NCBI GenBank assembly: GCA_963714015.1
Contig: OY970223.1
Location: 3,008,001 to 3,072,000, forward strand
Reading direction: 5' to 3'
Origin: Vulcanimicrobiota bacterium
GTDB taxonomy: Bacteria; Vulcanimicrobiota; Vulcanimicrobiia; Vulcanimicrobiales; Vulcanimicrobiaceae
Length of the DNA: 64,000 nucleotides
The notes under the pieces were generated by a model. That model was not told where the DNA came from. It was given only the letters and a program-made list of their open reading frames with translations, and did not search any database. Both the position numbers and the translations under genes were made by a program. Every line of letters begins with the position of its first letter. The stretch's first letter is position 1. Below are positions 41,686 to 50,255 of this stretch, in pieces.

Positions 41686-42638
41686 TCCGCAGAGCCGCGT
41701 TCTCGTTCTTCAATTCGCGATAGGTTACGCGCCGTCCGTCCGTATTCTTCAGCACGGCCACGAACCGCTCCGCGTCGTTCCCCTCGCGGGCGTTGAAGCG
41801 GAATACTTGCTCGTCAAGGTAGCGGTCTCAGATGGAACGGACGCGGGCAAATGTAGGTCCCTTTAATGGTCCGCTTCAGGCAGCTCCAGAAGTTCTCGAT
41901 ATTGTTCGTATGCACGCTTTCCGTCAACGTACCGAACCGAGTGGTCAACGAACTTATGCAGGTAGCGAATAGTCCAGCATCCGGTAGGAGCGCAGCGCAT
42001 CGGTGAACACTTGGAACCCGGTTCGACGTTCTGATAAATCTTCGGAAGCAGTACCGCGGCGCGATGGTTCGGAACGACCATAGCCTTCACGCGGCTTTTG
42101 CCTTTTTCTTCGGCGCGTTGCACCATGCCGAACACCGTCGTCTTTCCGGTGCCGGTCCGTGTTTGAGTTTGCGGAAGCCGCTCTTGGAAAAGTAGTTCGT
42201 GCGTACCTTACCGCCGACGAATGTTTCGTCCGCTTCAACTGTACCGGAGAACGCCGCGCCAACGCCGTCTTTCATGGATTCGCGGATGCGATGGAACATG
42301 AACCACGCCGTCTTTTGCGTGACACCCAGGGCGCGGTCCAGTTCACACGACGAGGTTCCGTTCTTCGTGTTTGCCAGGAGCCAAATTGCCGGAAGCCACT
42401 TGGTAAACGAAATCGGACTGTCCTCAAAAATCGTCCCAACCTTGACCGAGAACTGCCGTTTGCACTCTTTGCAGCGCCACATTTTGCGAGTCTTGAGGAA
42501 TTGGACGGACGCCGATCCGCAACCCATGCGCGGGCACGCGATGCCGTTCGGCCAGCGCAATTTAACCGCGTATTCGAACGCCCGCTCGGGGTCCGAGAAG
42601 AAGGTGACTGCCTCGATAAGCGTAGTCGGCGTGTCCAT
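41636..42638 (-). CDS. IS1595 family transposase (several frameshifts)
   Basis: Zn ribbon CPRMGC...CKEC, FSVKVGTIFEDS, GVTQKTAW, VEADETFVGG, TD, NNIENFWS, YLDEQVFRFN. Confidence 0.93.
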
Positions 42639-42707
42639 GCTTTAACGGTATACTCGAGGGTGTTCCACCAGTGTGGCACTGTGAGGTGAGCCAAGTATAT
42701 TAGCTTG

Positions 42708-42715
42708 ACAACTGT
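42708..42715 (+). repeat. 8-bp target repeat ACAACTGT, copy 2
   Basis: Lies between unit 1 right IR and unit 2 left IR. Confidence 0.9.
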
Positions 42716-42780
42716 CAAGATGATATACCTATTGCGGCTTTGCCCATTTCCGGCGAGTTGCACAAAGCGCTAAAGCGTGG

Positions 42781-43185
42781 CTATTGGTGCAGTAGCACGA
42801 TGGCAATCACGGCGTAAAGGCTCAGAACGACGCCACCTAGCGGTATCGCGAGTTTAAGACGAGGATTCGCCGGAACACTGGTCACCCGTGGAAAGGCATA
42901 CGCGAAGTAAGCCCACAGCGCAAGGCTAACGAGTGCTAAAGCAAGGCGCTCAGTCCTTCCAAGCACGGTTAGCCTGTGCACTTTCGGTAATCGATCTGAA
43001 GCCCCCAGATCGCCGATCTCGCATTGCCTGCGCCCAACCTCGTCTTGCAAGCGCAGAGAACGCTCGATCGCGGCCGCCAGGTTATCCTCGGCCTCGGTCG
43101 GCGTCGGCCCAAAGGCCACAATCTCGCGACCTGCGCCCTGCCCCCTGGCGTGGTAGCCGCCCGCAACCTGCAGTAGAGTAGCCAT
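42781..43185 (-). CDS. Hypothetical protein; N-terminus weakly HicB-like, C-terminus 2 TM
   Basis: IVAFGPTPTEAEDNLAAAIE resembles the HicB-type beta-alpha motif; possibly chimeric. Confidence 0.4.
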   Translation of the reverse strand: MATLLQVAGGYHARGQGAGREIVAFGPTPTEAEDNLAAAIERSLRLQDEVGRRQCEIGDLGASDRLPKVHRLTVLGRTERLALALVSLALWAYFAYAFPRVTSVPANPRLKLAIPLGGVVLSLYAVIAIVLLHQ

Positions 43186-43230
43186 GGTCCAAATTATCCC
43201 ACGCCGTAGCGTTACGTGGCAAATAACTTA

Positions 43231-43455
43231 ATGCGGCGGGAAGGCGACCACGCGGAGCGGTTCTATACTGTGCTGAAGAACACGGACGGCCATCGCGTTA
43301 TGTATCGCACCTTGAAGGCGGAAAACCCGAACCTGCGTGTTATGCATCCTCGGATATCTCGCCCGAATCTCGCCCGCGTCGTCCTCGATAATTTCCCGGT
43401 TATCGTCGTTCTTGCGAACGATTTTGCCGAGCAGGGTTTTCGAAGTTCTCCATAG
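43231..43455 (+). pseudogene. IS1595 transposase C-terminal remnant
   Basis: REGDHAERFYTVLKNTDGHRVMYRTLKAENPNLR aligns with unit-1 transposase tail REGNDAERFVAVLKNTDGRRVTYRELKNENAALR. Confidence 0.85.
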
Positions 43456-43479
43456 CCTCGTCGCCGTTTACGTCGTCAT

Positions 43480-44314
43480 TCATAGCAAGTCCAACGCTTC
43501 ATCTGCCAGTTTGCCACCAAGGATTGTCGCCCACGCATCTAGCGCTTTCGCCATGGCTTGTACCGTTTTTGACGTTAATATTTGCCCCGCAATTATTTCG
43601 TGTGTTAGGTCCGTACTGCTTAAGCCATATCTTGACATCATATCGGTAACAATTCTTACGACCTTGGGCCTCACCTTGTCAAATTCGGTATTATCCACGG
43701 TAGTGCTCTCGAGCCATTCCTCAATTATTTCGCGCCCCGTCAGCCCTTTACGCTGCGATTTATGCAGCGTCATGTTATTCACGAACGATTCTAACATTGC
43801 AGAGACGCGCTTTATGCGTGTGTAGTCCGAAGCGAGGGGTGCAATGCGCGACCATTTCTCCGCGCTAATCTGCAAGTCGTTAACCCGCCCCACTAATTTG
43901 TCGTTTTCTAGCGATGCCTCTACCCAGCCATCCGATAACGCATCAGCCTCGGCCTTTAGACCCTCAGTTTTCGTACGCTCCTGTCGGACGATGCTCAATG
44001 GTGTCCTGCAATTTACTTTGGACACCGAGTGACTAAACGAATCAGTAGCCTGCGATGCGGTCGCCGACAAGGACAGGTCCTTTACTTGCGCGTCGTGCCA
44101 CCACAGCAATAGGCCGACCATAAGAAAAAGTGGAGATGAAATCTTGGACTTGCGCCACAAAGTGTCCCAGTTCGGTGTGCGCGTTATAATTCAGCGATGC
44201 CTGGACGGCGTTCTCGTGGTCGATTGCGTCCCATATTCTCCAGGCCCAACCCAGACCAGATATGACGAGCGTTGCAATCGTCGGCCTAGACGGACGCCAC
44301 ACTTTAGAGAACAT
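43480..44314 (-). CDS. Passenger hypothetical membrane/coiled-coil protein (frameshifted)
   Basis: ORFs 44042..44314 and 43480..44160; lower GC; TM segments. Confidence 0.5.
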
Positions 44315-44661
44315 CCAGATCGTTTGCGCCGTGAGCGCGACTGATCATTTTGTGACCCTCGATGAGACCAAGGCTGGACTGAAAAAAGCGCCCTCCTTAC
44401 CCTATTAGGGCATTGGTGCCTCAGGTGGCTTTGCACATCAAAGGGCGGCTGCACATAAAATACGCTGCTTGCACATAAAACCGAGCCGCTGCAATTAGGA
44501 ACAGTTTATTTCGTCCGTACGCTTGCAAAGCATGGTATATTTGCGCCATGTTGCCGCGACGGTGGTCGCGGGCAGGGAGTAAAGGGCTCCCCACCCGCAT
44601 CCTCCATCGGGGACGGTCGGAAGCTCCAGGGGTTCCGATCTCGCGCTCCAGGAGGAAAACT

Positions 44662-44808
44662 CTACTCCGGTTTTGGCGCACGACGAGGTGTGTTCCAATA
44701 CGGACTTTTGCACTTCGGGCAAACCATCGGGTCCTGCGACTTGTCCCGAGGCAGCCATTCGTGCCCGCATCGGTCGCACCGATAGCCGGACAGTTTCACC
44801 TTCGCCAT
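44662..44808 (-). CDS. 48-aa zinc-ribbon protein (not in ORF track)
   Basis: MAKVKLSGYRCDRCGHEWLPRDKSQDPMVCPKCKSPYWNTPRRAPKPE; TTGACG-N18-TATACT promoter 6 nt upstream. Confidence 0.85.
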   Translation of the reverse strand: MAKVKLSGYRCDRCGHEWLPRDKSQDPMVCPKCKSPYWNTPRRAPKPE

Positions 44809-44814
44809 TCCCGT

Positions 44815-44907
44815 AGTATATACCCACTAGTCTCATACCGTCAATATACCCCCTGGTAGGTTGACTCTGCGCTATCCCTTGTGGTATATTCTCTTTAGGA
44901 ATATACG
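44815..44907. promoter_or_regulatory. Divergent sigma70 promoters with repeated ATATAC(C) motifs
   Basis: Minus: TTGACG(44844..44839)-N18-TATACT; plus: TTGACT(44861)-N18-TATATT; GTATATTC-N7-GAATATAC palindrome at 44884..44906. Confidence 0.7.
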
Positions 44908-44920
44908 AAGGGGTACGAAG

Positions 44921-46141
44921 ATGGAAGCACGGGAACAGCGCGGGCTCGAAATCGCAGCCACCAAGAAACTCGAAAAGTCCGGCCAGAAGTGGCTTGTCCC
45001 ATCCTCCACCGGATCGGGCACGTACGTTGTCGATCCCACCGTCTACGGGCCGGCGACCTGCACTTGTCCCGACTACGAGCTGCACCAAGAGCCGTGCAAA
45101 CACGTCTACGCGGTCGAGTTTACGATCCGACGCGAAACGACGGCCAAGGACGGTACCGTGACGACCGAAACGATCACGTACCGCCAGGAATGGGCCGCGT
45201 ACAATGCGGCACAGGGCAATGAGAAGGTCCGCGTTGCGGAGTTGCTTCGCGAACTGTGCGGCGCAATCGACAACCCACTCCAAAAGCGCGGTCGTCCGCG
45301 TCTGCCGCTCTCCGATCGCGATCTTCTGCGCCGTGATGAAGGTTTACGGCGGAATGTCCGCCCGCCGCTCGGCTTTGCGACCTGAACGACTTTGCCGCTC
45401 GCGGCTTCATCGACAAAGCGCCGCACTTCAATTCCGTTCTCAACGCCCTCGAAAATCCCGATGTAACGGCCATCCTCAAGAACATGATTGAGGAAAGCGC
45501 CGCTCCGCTCGTGACGCTGGAAACGGACTTTGCGGCCGATTCCTCCGGCTTCACGCCCACGACCTATGCCCGGTGGTTCGACGCGAAGTACGGGCGCGAA
45601 ATGACCAAGCACCATTGGCTCAAGGCGCATATCACCGTCGGAACCCGCACGAACATCGTTACGGCGGTCGAAGTCACGGACTACAACGTCCACGATTGCC
45701 CCGTACTGCCCGACCTGCTCAACACGACCGCCAAGCGGTTTACGATGGAGCGCGTTTCGGCCGATAAAGGCTACCTGTCCGATGCGAACGTCCGCGCTAT
45801 CCACTCGCACGGCGCGGTCGCCTTCATCCCGCCGAAAGTCCAACAGCCGTTTCGGCCCCATGCCCGACGCAAGCCGCAAGCGTTCCGACGTATGGCACAA
45901 AATGTTCCACTACTACGCTTTCAAGCGCGACGAGTTTCTGCGCCATTACCATCGGCGGAGCAACGTCGAAACGACATTCCACATGATCAAATCCAAGTTC
46001 GGCAGCCGTATCCGCTCGAAAACGCCTATCGCGCAGACGAACGAAGTTCTCGCGAAGGTCCTGTGCCACAACCTGTGCGTACTCGTTCAGTCCGCGTATG
46101 AACTCGGGATCGAATCGACGTTCTGGAAGCAAACGGCGTGA
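44921..46141 (+). CDS. Transposase: N-terminal SWIM zinc finger plus DDE_Tnp_1-like core (frameshifts near 45315, 45375, 45838)
   Basis: CTCPD...CKH (SWIM); FAADSSGF, ADKGY, YHRRSNVETTFHMIK (D-D-E, YREK-like). Confidence 0.9.
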
Positions 46142-46169
46142 CAGGTCTGAGGTCTTTGGAGGTCCCGAC

Positions 46170-47021
46170 ATGATCCCTATAATCCTGGTGCTAGCCATGG
46201 GTAGTACACCAACCGCGGCTTACGATTTGCCAAGGATCGAGCACCGGTACGCTATAGCCGAAGATAATCAGCGCGATCCCCAAACCCGCAACACCGCCGC
46301 CCAACATTCGGCGGCGAGGGAGCAGATCAACACCAACCCACAGGACTGCTCCTCCGCCGACAATCAAAACACAGCACAGTGCGAGGACGCTAAGAATAAC
46401 CAAAGAATCGCTGTCGCAAACGAGCACATGGTTACTCTCACTATTGTTATCGCTGCTGTTGGCGTTATGCAAACGCTTGCTCTCGTTCTTACGTTGGTAG
46501 CCACCCGAAAGGCGGCGAACGCTACGGCTAAGAGCGTTGACCTTTCCGAACGGTCGCTGAAGATCACTGAGCGTGCACACCTTCAGGTGAGCCAGATTGA
46601 GGTGCGGAGCGGCTTGACGAGTGGGAACATCCCCCGGATCGTAGTGTCGATTGCGAACCGAGGAAGGACACCAGGAACTATAGTAAGCAGTGTTTTTAAA
46701 TTTCAAATCTTCGACACAATTCCAGAATCGCCAACCTTTGATGGCGAGACTCCCAATCAGGTTTTGGTTGGTCCTGGGAACACCGAGACGTCCGATATTA
46801 TGACGCAACACGCCGTCACAACGGACGAGATCGAAGCGATAAAGGCTGCGAAAAAGCAGTTGGTCGTCTGGGGCAGAGTGTTCTATCTCGACGTGTTCGG
46901 GGACCGCCACGAAATGCGGTTTGGGTGCGCGATGAAAATGCACGATCATACCCCGGGCACTCAGGACTATAGGGTGACGTTCAAACAGTTGGTTGGTGAA
47001 GATTACAATCGGGCCGACTAA
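46170..47021 (+). CDS. Passenger hypothetical membrane-anchored protein
   Basis: GGAGG RBS, signal-like N-terminus, one TM, beta-rich C-terminus. Confidence 0.7.
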   Translation: MIPIILVLAMGSTPTAAYDLPRIEHRYAIAEDNQRDPQTRNTAAQHSAAREQINTNPQDCSSADNQNTAQCEDAKNNQRIAVANEHMVTLTIVIAAVGVMQTLALVLTLVATRKAANATAKSVDLSERSLKITERAHLQVSQIEVRSGLTSGNIPRIVVSIANRGRTPGTIVSSVFKFQIFDTIPESPTFDGETPNQVLVGPGNTETSDIMTQHAVTTDEIEAIKAAKKQLVVWGRVFYLDVFGDRHEMRFGCAMKMHDHTPGTQDYRVTFKQLVGEDYNRAD

Positions 47022-47117
47022 CGCGAGAGCAGGTATTTTTCCGGTATGCTGAACTTGCGAACCGACCGCTCTTGAGCCATGCCCTGCGGTAACGGGTTGA
47101 CGCTCACGGGCTACGGA

Positions 47118-47144
47118 GGGGATCGGGGAATCCGGTCCCCTTTT
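47118..47144 (+). terminator. Intrinsic terminator inside the IS right end
   Basis: GGGGATCGG-GGAAT-CCGGTCCCC-TTTT. Confidence 0.65.
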
Positions 47145-47242
47145 CGTTTGCTGAGAGGCCGCACATAAAATCGGCAGGCTGCACAAAAAACACGCCCCCA
47201 GGAGCAATAAATGTGCAAAGCCGCCTCAGGTATATCATCTTG

Positions 47243-47250
47243 ACAACTGT
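47243..47250 (+). repeat. 8-bp target repeat ACAACTGT, copy 3
   Basis: Lies between unit 2 and unit 3 IRs. Confidence 0.9.
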
Positions 47251-47304
47251 CAAGGTACCGTACCTAAGGCGGCTTTGCACAAAAAGGCACTTTTGGGGCT
47301 GCTT

Positions 47305-47570
47305 TTATATGTTGAGCAGGTCGGGGAGTACGGGGCAATCGTTGACGTTGTAGTCCGTGACTTCGACCGCCGTAACGATGTTGGTACGGGTTCCGACGTT
47401 AACATGCGCCTTGAGCCAATGGTGTTTGGTCATTTCGCGCCCGTACTTGGCATCGAACCAGCGGGCATACGTCGTGGGCGTGAAGCCGGAAGAATCGGCA
47501 GCGAAGTCTGTTTCCAGGGTCGCGAGCGGAGCGGCGCTTTCCTCAATCATTCTCTTGAGGATGGCCGAAG
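47305..47570 (-). pseudogene. Fragment of a second SWIM-DDE transposase copy
   Basis: AILKRMIEESAAPLATLETDFAADSSGF...CPVLPDLLN, near-identical to about 45470..45723; adjacent to IR GGCGGCTTTGCAC at 47268. Confidence 0.9.
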
Positions 47571-47591
47571 TGCGACCAGCGCTGCAGCCAG

Positions 47592-49268
47592 TTACGCGCT
47601 TGGCAGTGTCTGCAATGGTGAAGTCAGCGTAAGCAGCGCGTATGCGCTGCCGGTGCGATACGTGAGAAGTGCAAGCGTTTCGGTCTCTTCCGGCAAGTAA
47701 TGCGTGCGATCGCGCTTGGGACCACAGATGACAAAGCCGATAAGTTCCGCACGCGCGGTCATCGGCAGCAGCAGTGATCCACGCAATGGATGTGCGGGCT
47801 CGTCGCATTCGAACGGTTCGTGCCAACGCCGCAAACGCAGCACTGCAAAATCGTGAGACGGCAGAATGGAAGGTGTGGGGGCGCTTGGCGTCGCGAGCGC
47901 ATACGCCGACCCGTCGGCCGTGTAGATCGCGACGAAGTCGCTCTCGAGGCGTTGACGCAGCGCCTCGTATGTCTGCAACAACAAGTATTTCGGGTCTGAA
48001 ATAAGGTCGGTCTCCTGCGCGAAGCGCCGTAACGCTTGCATCGCCGCCGTTTGCGAACGGAAGATGATTCGGTTGAGGAATCCTTCGATACGGCGATGAG
48101 CATGCGTGAGGACGACGCCGATGAATACCGCGAGCAGCAACTCCGCGGCGAGAGCGAAACGTGACTCTTCGAGCCATCTGCCGAAGCCCCAATCCACCAG
48201 AGCGAGCAGGGCGATCGTGATTGACGTGATGGTACCGTACAACAGTGCGCGGCTGACCACGAATCGGATGTCGAACAAGCGGTGGCGCAGGATCGTGTAG
48301 GCCAAGGCAATCGGCGCGAGCAGCATCCACGCTTGTGCAAGGTTGATATACGAAACTTCCGCGTAAATGCCGAACATGGGCGCGAGAATATTGTCGATGA
48401 CGATCGAGGGTAAAAACGCGACGGCGAAGGACAGCACAACCCAGCGCAGCCGATTACGGCGCGCTTCATCAGCCTGAACGTATCTGGCGATCAAAATCAC
48501 GATGGCGACGACGTAGATGCTGTTGAGCACGGCGCCGTACACCGTCCAATACGCGGTCGGAGCTCGCGCTCCGGAGACCACCAGCACGACCATCGGAATC
48601 AGCAAGGCAAGCCATACCGCGGGCACAAAAAACGCGATGAGCGCACGTTCGAGTAGCGCTCCGGCGCCGCGCGGCGTTGAATCGGGAAACCGCAGCGCGA
48701 ACGAGACAAAGCCAGCTGCCGATGCCGGAAGCGCAATCGACACGATGAGAGTGACGAGATACTGGGCCGCAGGGTATTCGAGAATCAGTGTGCCGACGAG
48801 GCAAAAGTTGTAGAGAAACGCGTAAAAGGCCCACGTGACGGGGCTCGGCCGGAAGAGCACGAGCGCGGCGGCGAGCAAAATGGCCGCCCACAGTGATACT
48901 ACCGCGATATAATCCGTGACGTTGTCGATGGCCGTTCGACCGAACGGATGCGAACGTAATGTCACGAGCCTGCCCGAACTGAGCGGAAGAGTTATAACGG
49001 CTCCGTCGGGTGCACCGGCATCGTAGCCCAGCGTTAGTGAGGCGCGACCGGTGGGGGATAGGCGACGCATGTCGATGACGTCACCGGCCCGCAAGCCTGC
49101 TCTCGATGCTTGCGCATCCACCGAGGTAATGTAACCGTTCTGCCCCGCGCCAAAGCCGTATGTCGAATACGGATGCCAGGGCAGAAGCAGATCTCCGCCG
49201 TTGGCGAGCAGCGAAGCGGCGGTAAGAACGACAATGAAGACAGTCCGGATGACTGCCCGCGTGTCCAT
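47592..49268 (-). CDS. Multi-pass membrane sensor-like protein (PDZ-like loop, C-terminal GAF-like domain)
   Basis: ASRAGLRAGDVI, multiple TMs, AYTILRHRLFDI, LIGFVICGPK...YLPEE. Confidence 0.75.
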   Translation of the reverse strand: MDTRAVIRTVFIVVLTAASLLANGGDLLLPWHPYSTYGFGAGQNGYITSVDAQASRAGLRAGDVIDMRRLSPTGRASLTLGYDAGAPDGAVITLPLSSGRLVTLRSHPFGRTAIDNVTDYIAVVSLWAAILLAAALVLFRPSPVTWAFYAFLYNFCLVGTLILEYPAAQYLVTLIVSIALPASAAGFVSFALRFPDSTPRGAGALLERALIAFFVPAVWLALLIPMVVLVVSGARAPTAYWTVYGAVLNSIYVVAIVILIARYVQADEARRNRLRWVVLSFAVAFLPSIVIDNILAPMFGIYAEVSYINLAQAWMLLAPIALAYTILRHRLFDIRFVVSRALLYGTITSITIALLALVDWGFGRWLEESRFALAAELLLAVFIGVVLTHAHRRIEGFLNRIIFRSQTAAMQALRRFAQETDLISDPKYLLLQTYEALRQRLESDFVAIYTADGSAYALATPSAPTPSILPSHDFAVLRLRRWHEPFECDEPAHPLRGSLLLPMTARAELIGFVICGPKRDRTHYLPEETETLALLTYRTGSAYALLTLTSPLQTLPSA

Positions 49269-49344
49269 CCTCGCAGAACTTCGTGCTCCGACATACCTTC
49301 CCCGCTGCGCAGGAATCGCGCTTTCCGCAACGTCGCCGGCGCGA

Positions 49345-49790
49345 GAGTAGAGCGATACGCACGGGGCGATCGTCGGCGATATTCCCAACACGCCGGGCGT
49401 GCACGGCATCGCACTTGCACCCGAACTCGGCAAGGGCTTTACGTCGAACGGTTCCGACGGCGCGGTAACGGTGTTCGATTTGAATTCGCTCAAACCCATG
49501 ACGACGATTCAAACGGGTGCCAAGGGGCCGGACGGCATCGTGTACGACCCCGCCAATAAGCGCGTGCTGACGTTCAACGGCGAGAGCAACGACGCGACCG
49601 CCAGCGACGCGCAAAACGACCGCGTCGTGGCGACGATTCCGCTTGGCGGACGACCGGAGTTTCCTGTCGCGGACGGCAAAGGCATGGTGTACGACAACAT
49701 CGAGAGCACGAGCGAAATCGTCGCGATTGACACGTCGAGCGCGGCAATCGTCGATCGCCGGAGTTTGGGAAGTTGCCAAAGCCTGTCGGG
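49345..49790 (+). pseudogene. YncE/YVTN beta-propeller gene fragment
   Basis: GVHGIALAPELGKGFTSNG, PDGIVYDP, GGRPEF; no signal peptide and truncated before the IR. Confidence 0.75.
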
Positions 49791-49852
49791 CAAACCCATT
49801 CGAGGCCTCGCCTTGGCAGCCTCGGTCAAGGTGAGTCAGGTATATCACCCCG

Positions 49853-49860
49853 ACAACTGT
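49853..49860 (+). repeat. 8-bp target repeat ACAACTGT, copy 4
   Basis: Followed by another IR-like end CAAAGTGGCCGTACC-TGA-GGGGCTTGCACAT (unit 4, right end not found). Confidence 0.88.
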
Positions 49861-49976
49861 CAAAGTGGCCGTACCTGAGGGGCTTGCACATGAATCGACG
49901 CTTGCAATAAAATCGAGCCGCCGCAATGAAGGCGAGAATGCCACCCGTGTGGCGCCGTTCCGAGTAGTATTTTCCC

Positions 49977-50255
49977 ATGAACCTAGAAACGGGAGCGGTC
50001 CTTTTAGCGCAGATGCAAGCCGACGGCGGAAGATATCGCAATAAGGCGGTTGTCAATGCGGTGCGCGCTGCCGTTGCCATCGTCGTCTGGTTACTGCACG
50101 CGGGCGCCTTCAGCAGCATTGCCTTTTTCATATTCGTAATCTGCGGGTACCTTACGCTGTCAAACTTGGAGCAGTGGAACATCACCAGGCGGCAACAAGA
50201 GTCTGTTGCTCTAGTTATCCTCGGCACAAGTATTTGCGTTTGCGGCGCTCGATGA
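49977..50255 (+). CDS. Small hypothetical membrane protein (possibly frameshifted)
   Basis: 92 aa, hydrophobic. Confidence 0.35.
   Translation: MNLETGAVLLAQMQADGGRYRNKAVVNAVRAAVAIVVWLLHAGAFSSIAFFIFVICGYLTLSNLEQWNITRRQQESVALVILGTSICVCGAR

Larger units (their letters stand above)
40639..42707 (-). mobile_element. IS1595-family element with passenger genes (unit 1)
   Basis: 23-bp IRs CAAGGTAACATACTTGGCTCACC / GGTGAGCCAAGTATATTAGCTTG (2 mismatches), 8-bp flanking direct repeat, IS1595 transposase inside. Confidence 0.9.
44424..47225 (+). mobile_element. SWIM-DDE insertion sequence (IS4/IS5-superfamily-like), 2802 bp, with passenger gene
   Basis: 15-bp IRs GGTGGCTTTGCACAT / ATGTGCAAAGCCGCC, TCA duplicated at 44421..44423 and 47226..47228. 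Confidence 0.9.
42716..47242. mobile_element. Decayed IS1595-type unit 2 containing a nested IS
   Basis: Perfect 14-bp outer IR CAAGATGATATACC / GGTATATCATCTTG; IS1595 transposase C-terminal remnant; flanked by ACAACTGT. Confidence 0.85.
47251..49852. mobile_element. Non-autonomous IS1595-type unit 3 with cargo
   Basis: Ends CAAGGTACCGTACC... and GGTGAGTCAGGTATATCACCCCG, both flanked by ACAACTGT; no IS1595 transposase inside. Confidence 0.75.

Noticed and set aside
42781..43185. HicAB toxin-antitoxin module
   Set aside because: Only a weak HicB-like N-terminal motif, and no HicA partner is visible
44548..44859. 103-aa plus-strand ORF in the IS left end
   Set aside because: Arg-rich and motif-free, and it overlaps the better-supported zinc-ribbon gene on the opposite strand
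40636..47245. TGT...ACA termini as a Tn7/Mu-like transposon
   Set aside because: No TnsB/TnsC/TniQ genes and no 5-bp duplication; the TGT/ACA fits inside the 8-bp IS1595-type target repeat
40625..49890. Repeated palindromic junctions as a CRISPR array or integron attC sites
   Set aside because: Spacing is 2-4.5 kb, there is no cas gene or integron integrase, and abutting IS inverted repeats plus an 8-bp duplication explain them
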